A stretch of 62,782 bases of DNA, filler included, from Reclinomonas americana ATCC 50394 (GCA_048213135.1; 47 parts of 47 records of this genome joined end to end with filler, not necessarily neighbours in it), one strand, 5' to 3'. Positions 34,761 to 47,845 are shown, counted from the whole stretch's first letter. Notes: generated by a model not told the origin, from the letters alone. Program-made: numbers and translations.

Positions 34761-35967
34761 CATACCTCGNNNNNNNNNNNNNNNNNNNNNNNNNNNNNNN
34801 NNNNNNNNNNNNNTTAATTAATTAANNNNNNNNNNNNNNNNNNNNNNNNNNNNNNNNNNNNNNNNNNNNCAATGATGGGCGGCAGTGCAACGGGAGACAC
34901 CTGCAACACAACCGCACAATGAGAGACAACTCAATTCCGTTCTTCTCTGATTCTGCAGTGCAAAGAGAGAGAGAACGGCAACATGCATGTGTTCTCTCTA
35001 CAGTGCGTGTGAGCGATGCAAATACAGCAAGGCAGAGAGCGTGTGTGTGTGCGTGCAAGGAAAGAGAGACAATGTTCGCGCCATCTCTCTCACTCTCTTT
35101 TGATTTTGCATGATTGTGTGCCGGTGTGTGTCTCGCTGTGTGCTGGGAGAGTGGGGGTGTAGTGTGAGAGCAGAGCATGCACCTCTCCAGCAGACGCCAT
35201 GGTGCGACTTTGATTGGCGTCCTGCTCGTCCTCGCGCTTGTTTTCCATTGGAGCGTGGCAGGCTGCTCTGCGTATTCCTCGCCAGTGCATGTATAAAGCT
35301 GGACGGAACCCTGATTGTGCATTCGACATCGCAGGAAGGATTTCGACATCGACGTCGACGTCGTGCGACCGCTGACAGCCAGGCGGAGAAACTAGAGCCG
35401 AGCATTTACCAGCCGCATGCTTCAAGAAGCTCTAGCCAGGGAAAGGCGATCTCTTTTCGTTGCTTCACAGAGAAACGTGGAACGTCGACGTCGACTTATT
35501 TATTTTTTCTTCGTCGCTGCTCTGACGATGCTGCATTTATACTCTAGTGTGAGAAAGCAACCGGGGCGCGCCTTGCTCCCACGCACTGCATCCCTCCCCT
35601 CGTCATGCGCACATCGGTAAAAAAGTGCGCAGGACAAACGAGAAAACCGTTTCAACGGATTATAAACAGCAACACACAATGGGCGCGGCGCACGGCGGTG
35701 GCGGCACTGCAGTTGCCGCTGCACAACCTGCCTCCACTGCTCCTCCTCCTCCTCTTCCTCCTCGTCCTCCTTCTGCCTCTGCCTCGCCTTCTCCCTCGCC
35801 TCGACCTGTGCAACAGCAGCAAGAGGCGCCTGTGAGTGACGTGGAGCAGGCGGAGCATGTGGGCGAGAGTGAGTCGAATGTGGTGACGCATGCGGCGGCA
35901 CCTGTGGTGGGAAAGAGACCGTTGTCGGCCATGACGAGGTGGGTGTGAGAGCGAGAGAGTGAGTGAG

Positions 35968-36105
<138 letters not shown>

Positions 36106-36205
36106 NNNNNNNNNNNNNNNNNNNNNNNNNNNNNNNNNNNNNNNNNNNNTTAATTAATTAANNNNNNNNNNNNNNNNNNNNNNNNNNNNNNNNNNNNNNN
36201 NNNNN

Positions 36206-37441
36206 GGAACTGGATATGAGCTGACCTGGGATGGTGAAGTTGCCGGAGACAGTCGACAGTACTTCCACCAGCGATGTGGTCTCGATCAGCAGGGTGAATC
36301 CATTACCCTGGTTGGCCGTCGGTACGACCCAGTTGTAGACGTTGGACATGCCGCTGGCTGTACAATTGGCAGTCACCGAGTTGGCCACCGCCAGCCCAGC
36401 CACTGGCGGCAAGTTCGGCCCGAATAATCTTATCCTCGTGGTCACCGTGCCTAGAGCAAAGCACGTCCACCGTACGGGCACAGTCGACGTCATTTCCGCG
36501 ATGTCATTGATCGCCGGAGCTTGAGACGATAATGACGGATCTATCGTGATGGTAGCAACTATGCATAAGCAAACAAACAATGGAGCACGGGACGGGGAGC
36601 GAGCACAGTGAGACGCACCGACGATGCGAAAGGTGGGCGACAAGGCGGAAACATTGGTGATGAGGTCCGTTATTCGAATCTTCCGCTGCGTGCTCAGCGG
36701 GAGACGAGGCACTAATGTCCACACGGTCGTGCTGTTGCCTGGCACGTGTGGCTCCGCCACCGTGATGTTGCGCAGATTGCACATTTGGTCATCTTGCGCG
36801 CCACCGGTACACGACAAGTCCACCAGGTCGATCGTCAGCTACAATGTCACGGTGTGAGGAAAGAGTACGCCACAAAGAGATGGGTCACGTCAGTCGCACC
36901 TCCACGGATTTGTCAGAGTTGTACTGCACGTTGAAGGGGAACAGATTGAATGCACGGTCGTCGTTGACCGGCGAAATGAACGTGACTGCACACCGGCGGC
37001 CACCGGTGTGAGTGAGTTGAGTGCAACAAGACCAAGGGCACCAATCGAGAGACGCAACAAGTTGGTGCGACGGCCGCGCACAGATTGTCCATTACGGCAG
37101 GCACCAATGTCGAATCCAGCAGGAACCCGTAGTCGGGGTCCTGGTGATAGAAGCTCGACTGCGACGCCCACGTAGACAGCTCTGCAGAACACTAATGAGG
37201 CCTCTCGTCGGGGCTACACAAGAAGAGAACGACGAAGCACACCATCTGGGCTCACATCGTTGGTGACGCCAACAGTGATGATGTTGCCGCCGGCGCTTTT
37301 GATAGCCGCGGCGGTGGCCGTGGCCTGATCATAGTAGAACGAGTAGAAACCGCGCGAGGAGATGATGCCATCGGTGACCAGCAGCACAATACTCGAGGCA
37401 GTAACACGCCCACTCGTCAAAAACATGGTCTGCACGTGCGG
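36206..37441 (-). CDS. Secreted/surface protein with a vWA domain followed by Ig-like beta-sandwich modules (partial)
   Basis: IVLLVTDG...AAAIKSAGGNIITVGV (vWA); VRW...YNWVVP...FTLLI...SGNFTI resembles Kre9/KNH-type Ig modules. Confidence 0.7.
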
Positions 37442-37541
37442 NNNNNNNNNNNNNNNNNNNNNNNNNNNNNNNNNNNNNNNNNNNNTTAATTAATTAANNN
37501 NNNNNNNNNNNNNNNNNNNNNNNNNNNNNNNNNNNNNNNNN

Positions 37542-38066
37542 GAGACGCGCGAGAGCCATGCCGACCCAGGCCTGGTCCCCGGTGAACGTGCCGGGGCCCG
37601 TGATCTCCACTCGCCCCTGACGGATGCCGTGCGGTTCGTACGACGTGCGCACGCGGCCGTCACCGATCGGGTCCTCCGCCTGCACGAACAGCAGGGTGTC
37701 GCCGATCGCCTGCGCGCGACGGAGGTCGGCGGGCAGGCCGCGGGACGTGTAGGCGATCACCACCAGCGCGTCGTCGTAGACGAACGACGGCGTGAAGTCC
37801 CAACTCGGAGTGGTGAAGAACCCGCCTTGGTAGCTCCGGGGGAGGCAGTGGCCGGCGCCGTCGCAGAACTCGTCGACGCGGGCGTCGAGGAATTCGTAGG
37901 CCAGAGCGACGGACTGCTCCGGATCGAGGGCGCTCACCGTCGGCGTGGGCTCATCGGCCGACGTGACGCCGGCCGACACGGCAGGCACCGCCCCCGCGAA
38001 CACGGTCGCGGCGACGAGCACGGTGATGATCGCCCAGGGCGCGTATCGGCGCGGAGAACCGGACAT
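37542..38066 (-). CDS. Secreted protein, possibly a six-hairpin glycosidase-like fold (3'-partial), actinobacterial
   Basis: Signal peptide; LPRSYQGG, SFVYDDALVVIAY, AQAIGDTLLFVQ, TGDQAWVGMALARL. Confidence 0.65.
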
Positions 38067-38185
38067 GGGACCCCTCGGTCGGAAGCGGGCGCATCGCACG
38101 ACCAGGAAGTCGCAGGAAAAGCCTCGCCCCTCGGGTCCATCCGGGGAAGCGGCGAAAGTCTAGTGTTCACTCTCCGCACGTCGAA

Positions 38186-38617
38186 CTATGCGAGCGCGGG
38201 CGGCCACACGCCGATGATCACGGCCATCACCAGCACCGTGACGAGCTCGTGCGCGATGTTCAGGGTGGTGAGTCTGGTCGAGCGCCCCTCGAAGGCGTCG
38301 TGCGTGATGAAGCGGGCGGCCGTGAATCCGGCCCAGAGCGTCACGCCCGTCACGATCGTGCCCCAGAAGAACGGGCCGCCGTAGAAGTGCCAGGAGATGG
38401 CGGATGCTCCGGCGAGCACCCACGCGGTGAGGAAGCTCACGATGACCGTGGTGATGATGGGCCACATCGCCGTCGCGGCCGGCCGATCCATGTCGACGTT
38501 CGCGAGCTTCGACCAGCGCGTGCCGAACACTTTCGGGGCGTACCAGATCGAGCCGACGAGCATGCTCGACGCCGTGGCCAGCAGAACCGCCCAGTAGTTG
38601 ATCTCGGGAACCATCAT
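38186..38617 (-). CDS. DUF1761-family membrane protein, actinobacterial
   Basis: INYWAVLLATASSMLVGSIWY.P.VFG..W N-terminal motif, four TM segments, GAGGAGG RBS. Confidence 0.85.
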   Translation of the reverse strand: MMVPEINYWAVLLATASSMLVGSIWYAPKVFGTRWSKLANVDMDRPAATAMWPIITTVIVSFLTAWVLAGASAISWHFYGGPFFWGTIVTGVTLWAGFTAARFITHDAFEGRSTRLTTLNIAHELVTVLVMAVIIGVWPPALA

Positions 38618-38975
38618 TGCCTCCTCGAATCGGATGCCGTCAGGCTACTCCTCGGACGGCCGGACTCCTGCAAGCACCGACGGCGCGCGCATCCGCCCTC
38701 TTGCTCCGAACCGATTCGATCGCCGATCTGGCGGGAATGTAAGCGTTTGCACTAGTCTCGTCCCATGGCACAGCTNNNNNNNNNNNNNNNNNNNNNNNNN
38801 NNNNNNNNNNNNNNNNNNNTTAATTAATTAANNNNNNNNNNNNNNNNNNNNNNNNNNNNNNNNNNNNNNNNNNNNAGAGAGAGAGAGAGAGAGAGAAGAG
38901 ATAGAGAGATGAGAGAGAGAGAGAGAGAGAGACAAAGGCAGAGTCCGATGTGGATCACCATGCCAGGATTGCGCT

Positions 38976-39330
38976 GAAGAAGAATGTTGTGATGTGGAGG
39001 ATCTCCCTCTTGTTGTGTTGGCCGCCGTGAATGTAGAGAAGAGGCAAGAAGAGGTCGCCACAATTAGCAGCGTGCGCGAGAGACGCCGAGAGAAGAAGAA
39101 GCAGGATGGCGATGGTGATGCTCAAGCCAACCACGTTGAGAGGCGAGAGGATTACGCTAAGAAGAATGTGGTGATGTGGAGGATCTCCCTGTTGTTGCGT
39201 TTACCTTCGCTGCATTCACGAAGACTTAGAAGAAGAGGTCACCATGATCAGCAGTGTGTGTGCGAGCGAGGCCGAGAGAAGAAGAAGCAGGATGGCGATG
39301 CAGTGGATCACGATGGTGATGCAATCTTAA
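38976..39330. repeat. Degenerate tandem duplication, unit about 180 bp
   Basis: aagaatgt.gtgatgtggaggatctccct and gccgagagaagaagaagcaggatggcgatg each occur twice at the same spacing. Confidence 0.75.
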
Positions 39331-39475
39331 TGATGTTGATGTCGAAGAATGTCAGATCAAGAAGATCGCCTTGATGCTTGCGTTATTCTAGAGGCGAGAG
39401 TGTGCGTGAATGAGAGAGAAGAAGGAGAAGTCGCTATGGTGTTGCTGTTGTCGACTTTCTTGAGAGGAGTGTGAT

Positions 39476-39506
<31 letters not shown>

Positions 39507-39653
39507 AGAAGGAAAGGATCGCTATGGTGTTGCTGTTGTCGACTTTCTTGAGAGAAGTAAGAGGGAGAAAAAAAGGAAAAGAGCAGGAATGCTGACAACA
39601 AAAGTGTGAGTGACATCAGCCTTTCCTTTTTCCCGTGCTGACTTCCCATACAG

Positions 39654-40112
39654 AGGGGCCTCAATCCACACCGCGCCGACATTGTGGCCGCATTACTCCC
39701 TCTGGACGTCACCGGCGACGGCATGATCCGCTTCCCCGAGTTCCTCAACATGATGCTCAGCGTCAACATTGTGCAGCGCGCCATTAGTCAAAATCTGGCG
39801 GTGGCCGATTTCGAGTTGCGTCACGCATGCGCACACGCCTTCCCGTCTCTTGCTGACGGTGTGCCGTATTGTCAGATCCTTCAAGATCACCGTGTGCGAG
39901 ATTTTTGAGCACGTGCGAGAGACGGTCAACACGGGTCGCGTGCCGACGTACATTCCCGTCCTGCAGCAGGTGGATCCCGAGTTGTTCTCCTTTGCGGTGT
40001 GCACAGGTGAGGGGCAAAGATCTGGACTCGTGCGCGGCGTGCCACTCATCGCGTTTGTGCATGCGCAGTGGACGGACAGACGTTTTCCTACGGCGATTTG
40101 GATGTGCAGTTT
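39654..40112 (+). CDS. GLS: Glutaminase (GLS-type) with an N-terminal EF-hand, internal exons
   Basis: Introns 39815-39875 and 40007-40068: NLAVADFESF...GRVPTYIPVLQQVDPELFSFAVCTVDGQTFSYGD. Confidence 0.92.
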
Positions 40113-40212
40113 NNNNNNNNNNNNNNNNNNNNNNNNNNNNNNNNNNNNNNNNNNNNTTAATTAATTAANNNNNNNNNNNNNNNNNNNNNNNNNNNNNNNN
40201 NNNNNNNNNNNN

Positions 40213-41448
40213 ATCTGCGTCCTCTGCGGCCACCTCGTCACCGACGCCAACAGAGGCCGTGGCGCTGTCACTCGCGCTCGACCGAGTCGCGAGTAGGTGG
40301 GTGTGCGAATGAGGAGCCGCCGCACTTGCACTTGCCATTAATTCGTGGCTGTGGCGACTCGGACGTTGTTGCTGTCGCCGCGGTCGCAGACGAGCGAGGA
40401 TCAACGCCTCCTCACCAGCAATTGTCGAATTCCCGTAGTCGTCGTCGTCGTCGGCGTCGGGATTCTCGACGCCCCACGGCAGTGGGCCCCAGTCTTTCAC
40501 CAGTGCATCGAACTGAAAACGCCGACCATCCAGTCGATTGTAGCGGTCGTGGAGGAAACAATCACCATCTTCTCCGGCGTAGCGGTGCTGTGCACACATT
40601 TCACGCGCACGAATGCAGTAAGCAAGCAGAAGCACACATGTTTACGGCAGATACAGTCGCGGCGACAAGCTTAAGGAAATTACCTTGATGGCGAAGCATC
40701 GATTACTGCCACTGCGCTTGCCAGCCACACGATGCACCGAGCATTCTCGGCACATGTGCCGGAACTGCGCAAAGCTGGAGGGGAACAACATTTTCACGTC
40801 GTCGATGATCACAGCATTCGCCAGGCGGTACCTGTGTCGCACGCGCAGAAGTACGTGAGACAACATGCGAAACAATCATCCTCGGCATCGACAGCAGCAC
40901 GACGCACACAAAGCAGCGTGTCAGTGGATCAAAGCGCGCCTCGCCTGCATCGTCGTACACTGGAATGTACGGACGGTACGCCACCATGTACCGCTCGCGC
41001 TCGAGTGGCTCGGAGGCGCGCACGTGACGCCGTCGGCCAGTGTAAAACCCCTCGATCCGGCAGTGCAGCACCGGGAGACTCGCGGAGCCCACTGTCTCCT
41101 GCAGAGCTGACGGTGCGTCCTTGCGCAACAGGCCGACCGACGCACCAGCATTGATAAGACTGTGCTTGCCGAACTGGATGCGACTGAACCGGGCCATCTG
41201 CAGTTTGCTGTGAAAAAATTACAACGTAAGCAGATGGCGAGTCATCATGCACGACGAGCACAGCCACGCACCGGCCGTCACCAAAATAGTATTCTCGGTC
41301 TGCCGCAACCGAAAACTTGATGTTCTCTTCTGGCACACCAGACGTGCTGCTCAGTTGCCGCAGTTGGTAGTCGGCCAGACGCAACACCTTGTTTCGGTTC
41401 TGCCACTCAAACTTCGTCGTCAGCGGCGGTCAGCGTTGCGAATACCGG
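40213..41448 (-). CDS. Multi-exon protein of unknown function
   Basis: Several frame-consistent coding-like exons; no recognised motif. Confidence 0.5.
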
Positions 41449-41621
41449 NNNNNNNNNNNNNNNNNNNNNNNNNNNNNNNNNNNNNNNNNNNNTTAATTAA
41501 TTAANNNNNNNNNNNNNNNNNNNNNNNNNNNNNNNNNNNNNNNNNNNNCCTATGAAAACCCGCCAGACGTCGTCGTCCCGCGAGACGACTGTTGCACTGT
41601 CATCCGCGTTTTGTCTTGAAG

Positions 41622-42142
41622 ATGGCCGCGGCAGTAGCGGTTGCCGCCGGTTCCTTCATTCTGGGCCTTCTCACACGTCACTTTGGGCGCCGCTTGCTGG
41701 GCTCGCGGGCACCTGTAGCAGCAGCAGCAGCAGTCGCCGCGCCTGCAGCCTCACCTGCGCCCTCGCCGAGCAAGTCATCTCCAAGCTCCTCTCCCTCTGC
41801 CTCCTCAGCAGCAGCAGCAGCAGGGAGCAGCAGCAGCAGTGGGCGTCTCAGTGCGCTGTTGGATGAGCAGCGGCGTGAGTTTGGAAGCTCAGCAGTCGCG
41901 CAGCGAAGAAAAACAGACGAGTTCAAAATGGTGTGTCTCTCACTCTCTCAACATCGAGCAGGCTCTCTCTCTCTCACACACGCACGCACACGCATGTTGT
42001 AGGCACTGGTGGTGCGCACTGATCTGAACATGAACAAGGGCAAGATTGCGGCGCAGTGCTGTCACGGATGCTTGGGTGCTTACAAGAGAGTTACATCTCA
42101 CACTCACTCTGTGTGCTTGTGTTCACACAGCGGTGCTCACGT

Positions 42143-42173
<31 letters not shown>

Positions 42174-42487
42174 AAAGAGTCTCAAGCTGTCGCCCACGTG
42201 GACCGAGTTTTGGGAGGATTGCGGACAGACCAAGGTCGTGTTGCGGGCGACTGACGAGCAGACGATCTATGCACTTGCCGAGGTCTGTCTCGTGCATCTT
42301 TGTTGCTCGCCTCTCTCTGCTTTTCTGACGCGCGGTGCAGGAGGCCGAACGCGCCCGGCTACCAATGTACATGGTCTACGATGCGGGGCGCACGCAGATC
42401 GCGGCTGGCTCGTTGACGGTGCTGGCGGTGGGGCCAGCGCGGGCGGAAGATGTGGATCGTGTCACTGGCCACCTGAAGCTCTTGTGA
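41622..42487 (+). CDS. PTRH2: Peptidyl-tRNA hydrolase 2 (complete, 4 exons)
   Basis: N-terminal TM segment; [24 protein letters not shown]...GQTKVVL...[19 protein letters not shown]...[11 protein letters not shown]. Confidence 0.96.
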
Positions 42488-42883
42488 TGTGGCACGAGGC
42501 CGCAAGGCAAGATGCGCCGCAGTGACTGTTTTTTCGAATACAGCTGCTGGGGACCTCTCCTTCCAAGCGTTGTCTGCCATACGTCGACAATGTCTCGTAG
42601 TGGATGCGGTGTTGCAACTCCACGTGCCCAGCGTATCCTCACAATCAGTCGACGTGATGACCAGCAGCGCCAACGTGACATGCGCAGGGTGCAAGACCAT
42701 GATTACATACCCCCAAACATGTGGGTTCTGTACTGTTCTCGACCCTGGACACTTGGCTGGACACCTACAAGGTCAAGGTCAAANNNNNNNNNNNNNNNNN
42801 NNNNNNNNNNNNNNNNNNNNNNNNNNNTTAATTAATTAANNNNNNNNNNNNNNNNNNNNNNNNNNNNNNNNNNNNNNNNNNNN

Positions 42884-43106
42884 CGCAGGCATCTACTACC
42901 TGATCTACATGCAGATCGAGGCGTACATCATCTCGCCGCGCATCATGAGCCGTGCCGTCTCGGTACCCGGTGCCGTGGTCGTGGTCGCCGCCCTCGCGGG
43001 CGGCAGCCTGCTCGGTCTGCTCGGCGCCCTCATCGCCATCCCCGTCGCCGCGAGCATCCTGATCATCTACCGGCAGGTGGTCATCCCGCGGATGAACGAG
43101 CTCTGA
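42884..43106 (+). CDS. AI-2E family transporter, C-terminus, actinobacterial
   Basis: QIEAYIISPRIM...AGGSLLGLLGALIAIPVAA. Confidence 0.88.
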
Positions 43107-43113
43107 CGCCCGC

Positions 43114-43827
43114 TCAGGCGGGCGGCCATTGGGTCGCCAGCGGGAGGGCGGAGGCGTTGACCGCAGCCACGATCTCCGTGAGCACCCGCCGTGTCTGCGT
43201 CTCGCCGACCCAGAGGTGCTTGCCACCCTCCACCGCGATGAGCTGCGCGTGCGGGATCGCGGCGAAACGCTGTCGGGCTTCATCCGGGCGGAGATAGTCG
43301 TCCAGCTCGGGCACCAGAACGACGACGGGACGATCCGTGCTCGCCCAGGCCGCCACTTCCTCGTCCGTCGCCCGGTGCAACGGGGGCGAGAGCAGGATGA
43401 TGCCTTCGATCTCGTGCTCTCGGCCGTACTTCAGAGCGAGCTCCGTGCCGAACGACCACCCCAGCAGCCAGGGACGAGGCAGTTCGCGTTCCCGAACGAA
43501 GTCCATCGCCGCCGCCACGTCGAACTGCTCGGCGGCGCCGCCGTCGAACGCTCCCTCGCTCGTTCCCCGCGCCGAAGTCGTGCCGCGGGTGTTGAACCGC
43601 AGCACGGCGAGATCGGCGAGGGCAGGAAGCCGGGCAGCGGCCTTGCGAATGATGTGGGAGTCCATGAACCCACCCGCCGTGGGCAGGGGATGCAGGGTCA
43701 CGAGGGTGGCGACGGGGGCGGCGTCCTCCGGCTGAGCGAGTTCGCCGACGAGTCTCAAGCCGTCGGCCGTCTGCAACTCGATCTCTTCACGTCGTGCGGG
43801 GAGCTCGAGCGGCCCCCGGATCTCCAT
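43114..43827 (-). CDS. Alpha/beta-fold hydrolase, actinobacterial
   Basis: HPLPTAGGFMDS, LRFNTRG, GWSFG nucleophile elbow, D and H catalytic candidates (ELDD, GGKH). Confidence 0.92.
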   Translation of the reverse strand: MEIRGPLELPARREEIELQTADGLRLVGELAQPEDAAPVATLVTLHPLPTAGGFMDSHIIRKAAARLPALADLAVLRFNTRGTTSARGTSEGAFDGGAAEQFDVAAAMDFVRERELPRPWLLGWSFGTELALKYGREHEIEGIILLSPPLHRATDEEVAAWASTDRPVVVLVPELDDYLRPDEARQRFAAIPHAQLIAVEGGKHLWVGETQTRRVLTEIVAAVNASALPLATQWPPA

Positions 43828-43829
43828 GT

Positions 43830-44117
43830 TCACGCGAGCCTCCAGCAGTGCGTATGCCAATGACGTCGTGCCGCGAGATCCGCGGCATCTCCCAGCACGC
43901 CGTCGGCGCGCCAGGCCACCAGATGCGGTGTGCCCGGCTCGATGTCCTGCGCGCAGCCGGGACAGCGATAAGCCTTCTGCGCCTGCACGGCGGAGACGGG
44001 TTGGACCGTCCACTCGCTGCCACGACGGACTTCCGTGCGCTTCCACCCGGCGAGCAGGCGCTCGAGGGAATCCTCGGCGTCAGGGCGCGCCGGACGGCGT
44101 CGGTGGGAGCGTGGCAC
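43830..44117 (-). CDS. Small conserved actinobacterial Cys/His protein (often annotated ATP/GTP-binding protein)
   Basis: KAYRCPGC...GTPHLVAW...RRHWHTHCW; directly upstream of the hydrolase. Confidence 0.8.
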   Translation of the reverse strand: MPRSHRRRPARPDAEDSLERLLAGWKRTEVRRGSEWTVQPVSAVQAQKAYRCPGCAQDIEPGTPHLVAWRADGVLGDAADLAARRHWHTHCWRLA

Positions 44118-44217
44118 NNNNNNNNNNNNNNNNNNNNNNNNNNNNNNNNNNNNNNNNNNNNTTAATTAATTAANNNNNNNNNNNNNNNNNNNNNNNNNNN
44201 NNNNNNNNNNNNNNNNN

Positions 44218-45452
44218 TGTCGATCGCCGTGTCGCGCGACTGGATTGTGCAAATGACCAAGGGCAACAGTGCCATGCTGACGTGTGCGTCTTTTCTTTCC
44301 GTCGTCCCTCCCCATTGTCCTCGCTGGGGAATCGCATTCATGTGGGTGGGTGTGTGTGTGTCTTCCAGCGGCCAACGCCACCATGCGCCGCATCGATCTC
44401 ACCTCGGAGATTCTGGCGCCGCTGGCCTTTGGCTTCATTCTCGCTCTCATCGAGTCAATTCCCGCACTCCTTCTCGTCAGTGCCTACAACGTGGTCAGCT
44501 TCTTCTTCGAGGTCATCACGTTGGCCGTGGTGTACCGACGCAGTCCGTCGTTGCACGGCGTTGTTGTCGCGTCGCCGTCCGGGGGCGCGGTGCCCACGGA
44601 AGGGGCGGTGGAGATGAAGGAGATGTCGGAGGAGGGCGGCCAGTTGCGCTTGCTCGAAAACGAAGACGACGATGACGGAGCGGGTGACGACGACGACGAC
44701 GGGAGTGGTATTGCGCGGAGAAGCGACGCGGCCGAGCGTGGAGCAGCAAGTAAGCAAGCCACGGAGACGACACCGACTCCACCTGCAAAGGAACAGTCGA
44801 AGAAATGCTCCAAGACCTGCTGGCGCGGCTGCTTCCTGCGCGCATGTTTGCCGCTGATGGATGGCTGGAAAACGTGCGTGCCAGATTGCAAATAACGGAG
44901 AGCATACGACTGTGCCATAACGCAATCCTTGCTGTGTTACTGTGATCACAGGTACATTTCGCAGAATGTCACGTGGGCCAGCGTGGGCTACGTGTGCTTG
45001 TACATTACGGCGCTCTCCCCGGGCGTCATGATCACGTCGTACTTGGTGTCGGAGGGCGTTTCGTCGGTCGAAATCGGCGTCTTCCGCGCGTGTTCAGCGG
45101 TTCGTACCACCAGCTCGCGATCATTGCTTTCTTCGCTGGTGTTCATCCTCCACGCGACACACAGATTGGCGGCATCTCCTCAACGCTGATCACTCCCTGC
45201 ATTCTGCGTCGCGCTGGTGCCGTGGTCACCGGCGCCATCGGCATCTGGCTCGAGTGGCTCATGCTGGTGGTGGCCGCCCTCTCGTTCCACATGTGTGGAT
45301 CCAGGTTGGCTGCGTTTTCCTCTGAGCGAGAGACTTCTCTCGCTCTTGCTGATTCCCTGCTCCCGCTGCCAGCTCCGACAAGAATTGCATCTATGTGTTC
45401 CTCGCCACCGTGGTCATCTCGCGCATCGGGCTATGGATGTTTGATCTGGCGG
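44218..45452 (+). CDS. Ferroportin (SLC40/FPN1)-like iron exporter, partial
   Basis: RDWIV, NATMRRIDL..EILAP, LYITALSPG..ITSYL, ISRIGLWMFDLA. Confidence 0.92.
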
Positions 45453-45946
45453 NNNNNNNNNNNNNNNNNNNNNNNNNNNNNNNNNNNNNNNNNNNNTTAA
45501 TTAATTAANNNNNNNNNNNNNNNNNNNNNNNNNNNNNNNNNNNNNNNNNNNNCATATTGTCTTGTCTCTGATGTGCTTCTCTCTCTCCTTCTCACTCTCT
45601 CAGAGCTTGTGTATGTGCTTGACGTGAGATTGTGTGCTGCCATGCACACAGGATTCGCGTGTCCGATGTGCTTGCTTTGCTCTCTCTCTCTCTCTGTCTC
45701 TTGTGAAGAGTGCGATGTTGGCGAGTGTGCTGGATTGCTGTGCATGTGCCTTCCCTTCTTGTCTCACTCTTTCCCTCCCCCTCCCTCCCTCCCTTTCCCT
45801 CCTTCTCTCCCTCCTCCCTTCCTCCCCCTCCCTCTCCCTCTCTTCCCTCCCTCCTCCCTTCCTCCCTCCCTCCCTCCCTTCCTCCCTTTTCCCTCCCTCC
45901 CTCCCTCCCTCCATTCCTGCTTGTTCCTCACTCGCCTGCCACACAG

Positions 45947-46640
45947 TCGACTACCGCAGCAACGTCGCCTCGCGCCTGATTGATCACGTGCGAGTCGGCC
46001 GTTCGTCGTCCTCGGCATCTTCGACTGTGACGACCGTGTCCGCAGTCGCCACGCCCAGTGTCGAATCCGTGGAGAGCCACCCGTCACCTCCGCCACTGTT
46101 GCGCCACTCGTTCCATCAGAGATCGCTTCACCATCTCATTCTCTCTGTTCCCCCCCGCAGCCCCGAAACACCGACACCTCCCGCCCCACCATCCACTTTC
46201 AGTCTCTTCAGCGGTGCGGACCAGCTCGGCCAACCCGACTGGCTGCTGCCGGCCCCAGCTTCTGGAGCGGCAACGACAGCAACAACGACGACGACAACCA
46301 CGACGACGACGACAACAACGGCGACCAACACCGCCGTTGGTGCCATTGCAGTGGATGAGGCACCGATACCGCCGTGGGCGTCGTCATCTTCGACCCCGTC
46401 AACGCCGGCAGTGAACACTCCGTCGGCGGCCGCTGGTGCAACGGCGGCGCGCATGCCGCGTGTCGGTTCTCGCGATTCGGTCTCCACTCCGCTGACACCG
46501 CTCGTGCAAGAACCCAAGTTGCGCCTCGTTCTTGTCGCACGGTCGTGCCATTCTGCTCTCACTCATTGCGCGCAGACGAGATTCACACGAAGGTATTCCG
46601 CTGCACCCGAGCGAGGAATTCTCCTCCACACGACAACTGA
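45947..46640 (+). CDS. Ser/Thr/Pro-rich low-complexity protein exons
   Basis: Long open frame after a pyrimidine tract and CAG acceptor; no domain recognised. Confidence 0.45.
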
Positions 46641-46887
46641 GTGAGGTGAGGAATGGACAGACGGATAGGAGGGGCAAAGTGAACAACTTTGTTTGCTTTT
46701 CCTCGCTGCTCGTTGTTCTCTCGCTGCTCGTTGTGTTCTTCTTTCGCTGTGCTCGTTGTTCTCTCGCTGCTCGTTGTGTTCTTCTTTNNNNNNNNNNNNN
46801 NNNNNNNNNNNNNNNNNNNNNNNNNNNNNNNTTAATTAATTAANNNNNNNNNNNNNNNNNNNNNNNNNNNNNNNNNNNNNNNNNNNN

Positions 46888-47782
46888 GAGACGCGGCGGC
46901 ATCTGTGGCGACGGCGTCAACATGTGACCTGCGCGACACACACCAGCTGCAGTCAGTCGTACTCTGTCTCTTTCTCCACTCCTTGCCATCGCCATTCTGC
47001 ACACCATCCGCCGACGGCGACAACAGCTCCTTTAGGTACGTCTCGATCAGGAGCTCCAAATGCGCAGCATCCGGCGCCACCAGTCCAGCCGTCTCCAACG
47101 AGCGTTCGCGCGACACCGCAGCGGCCTTGTCGACGACCGTGGCAGCAGTGGTCGCGGAGGCTGCTGGGGCCTCCGACGACCACACCACACTGTCAGCATC
47201 CGTCGGCAGTCCCTGCGAGCATCGATAATGAGGTACATCCACACAGCGCGCGGAAACACACACACAATGCTCACCTGCGCACGAGCGACTTCTGCAGCAA
47301 ACGGAGTGCTGCTTTCCTCAAAGTAGTTGTGCGGAAGCAGAGTGGACTGCCAGCATCAATGAGAGACAAGAGAGATGTGTCGAGAGTGTGTGAGAGAGCG
47401 ACAGACGCACCCACTCGCGATCAGTCATCGGCACCCAAACATCGTGCTCATCGGCCTCCTCCGCCACCTCATCGACGTGCCAGTTGCCACCGGCGCGCAC
47501 ATGCTGCACCATACGATACGCATTGAACATCTCGGGCGGCGCAGGGCTCGAGCCCTCGGTTTGCTGCGACACCGCCGCCTGCAGCTCCGCCGACGCCGGC
47601 GGATTCGCACGCAACACCGCCGTCAGAAGCTCACTCGGAAGAGACGAAGCTGATGAAGAGGAGGAGGCTGCGGGCACAGAAGATGCCGCAGCTGTAGCGG
47701 AAGAAGGCGGGAAGGCGGAGGACGATGCAGCGCCACCGCCGCCGAGTGCCTCGGGCGACGCCGCAGAAGGAGTCGTCCCCAT
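46888..47782 (-). CDS. N-terminus of an unknown protein divergent from ETF-alpha
   Basis: ATG 47782, Ala/Ser-rich start, then helical exons (LRKAALRLLQKSL, HLELLIETYLKELL). Confidence 0.5.
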
Positions 47783-47845
47783 CTCCCACACACGCACAAC
47801 ACAAGATTTGATTCCCACTCACTCACTCAATCAACAGAGTTTGCA

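Noticed and set aside
42540..42740. LSD1-type zinc finger (CAGCKTMITYP) downstream of Pth2
   Set aside because: Only a half motif, with no consistent frame, start or splice sites.
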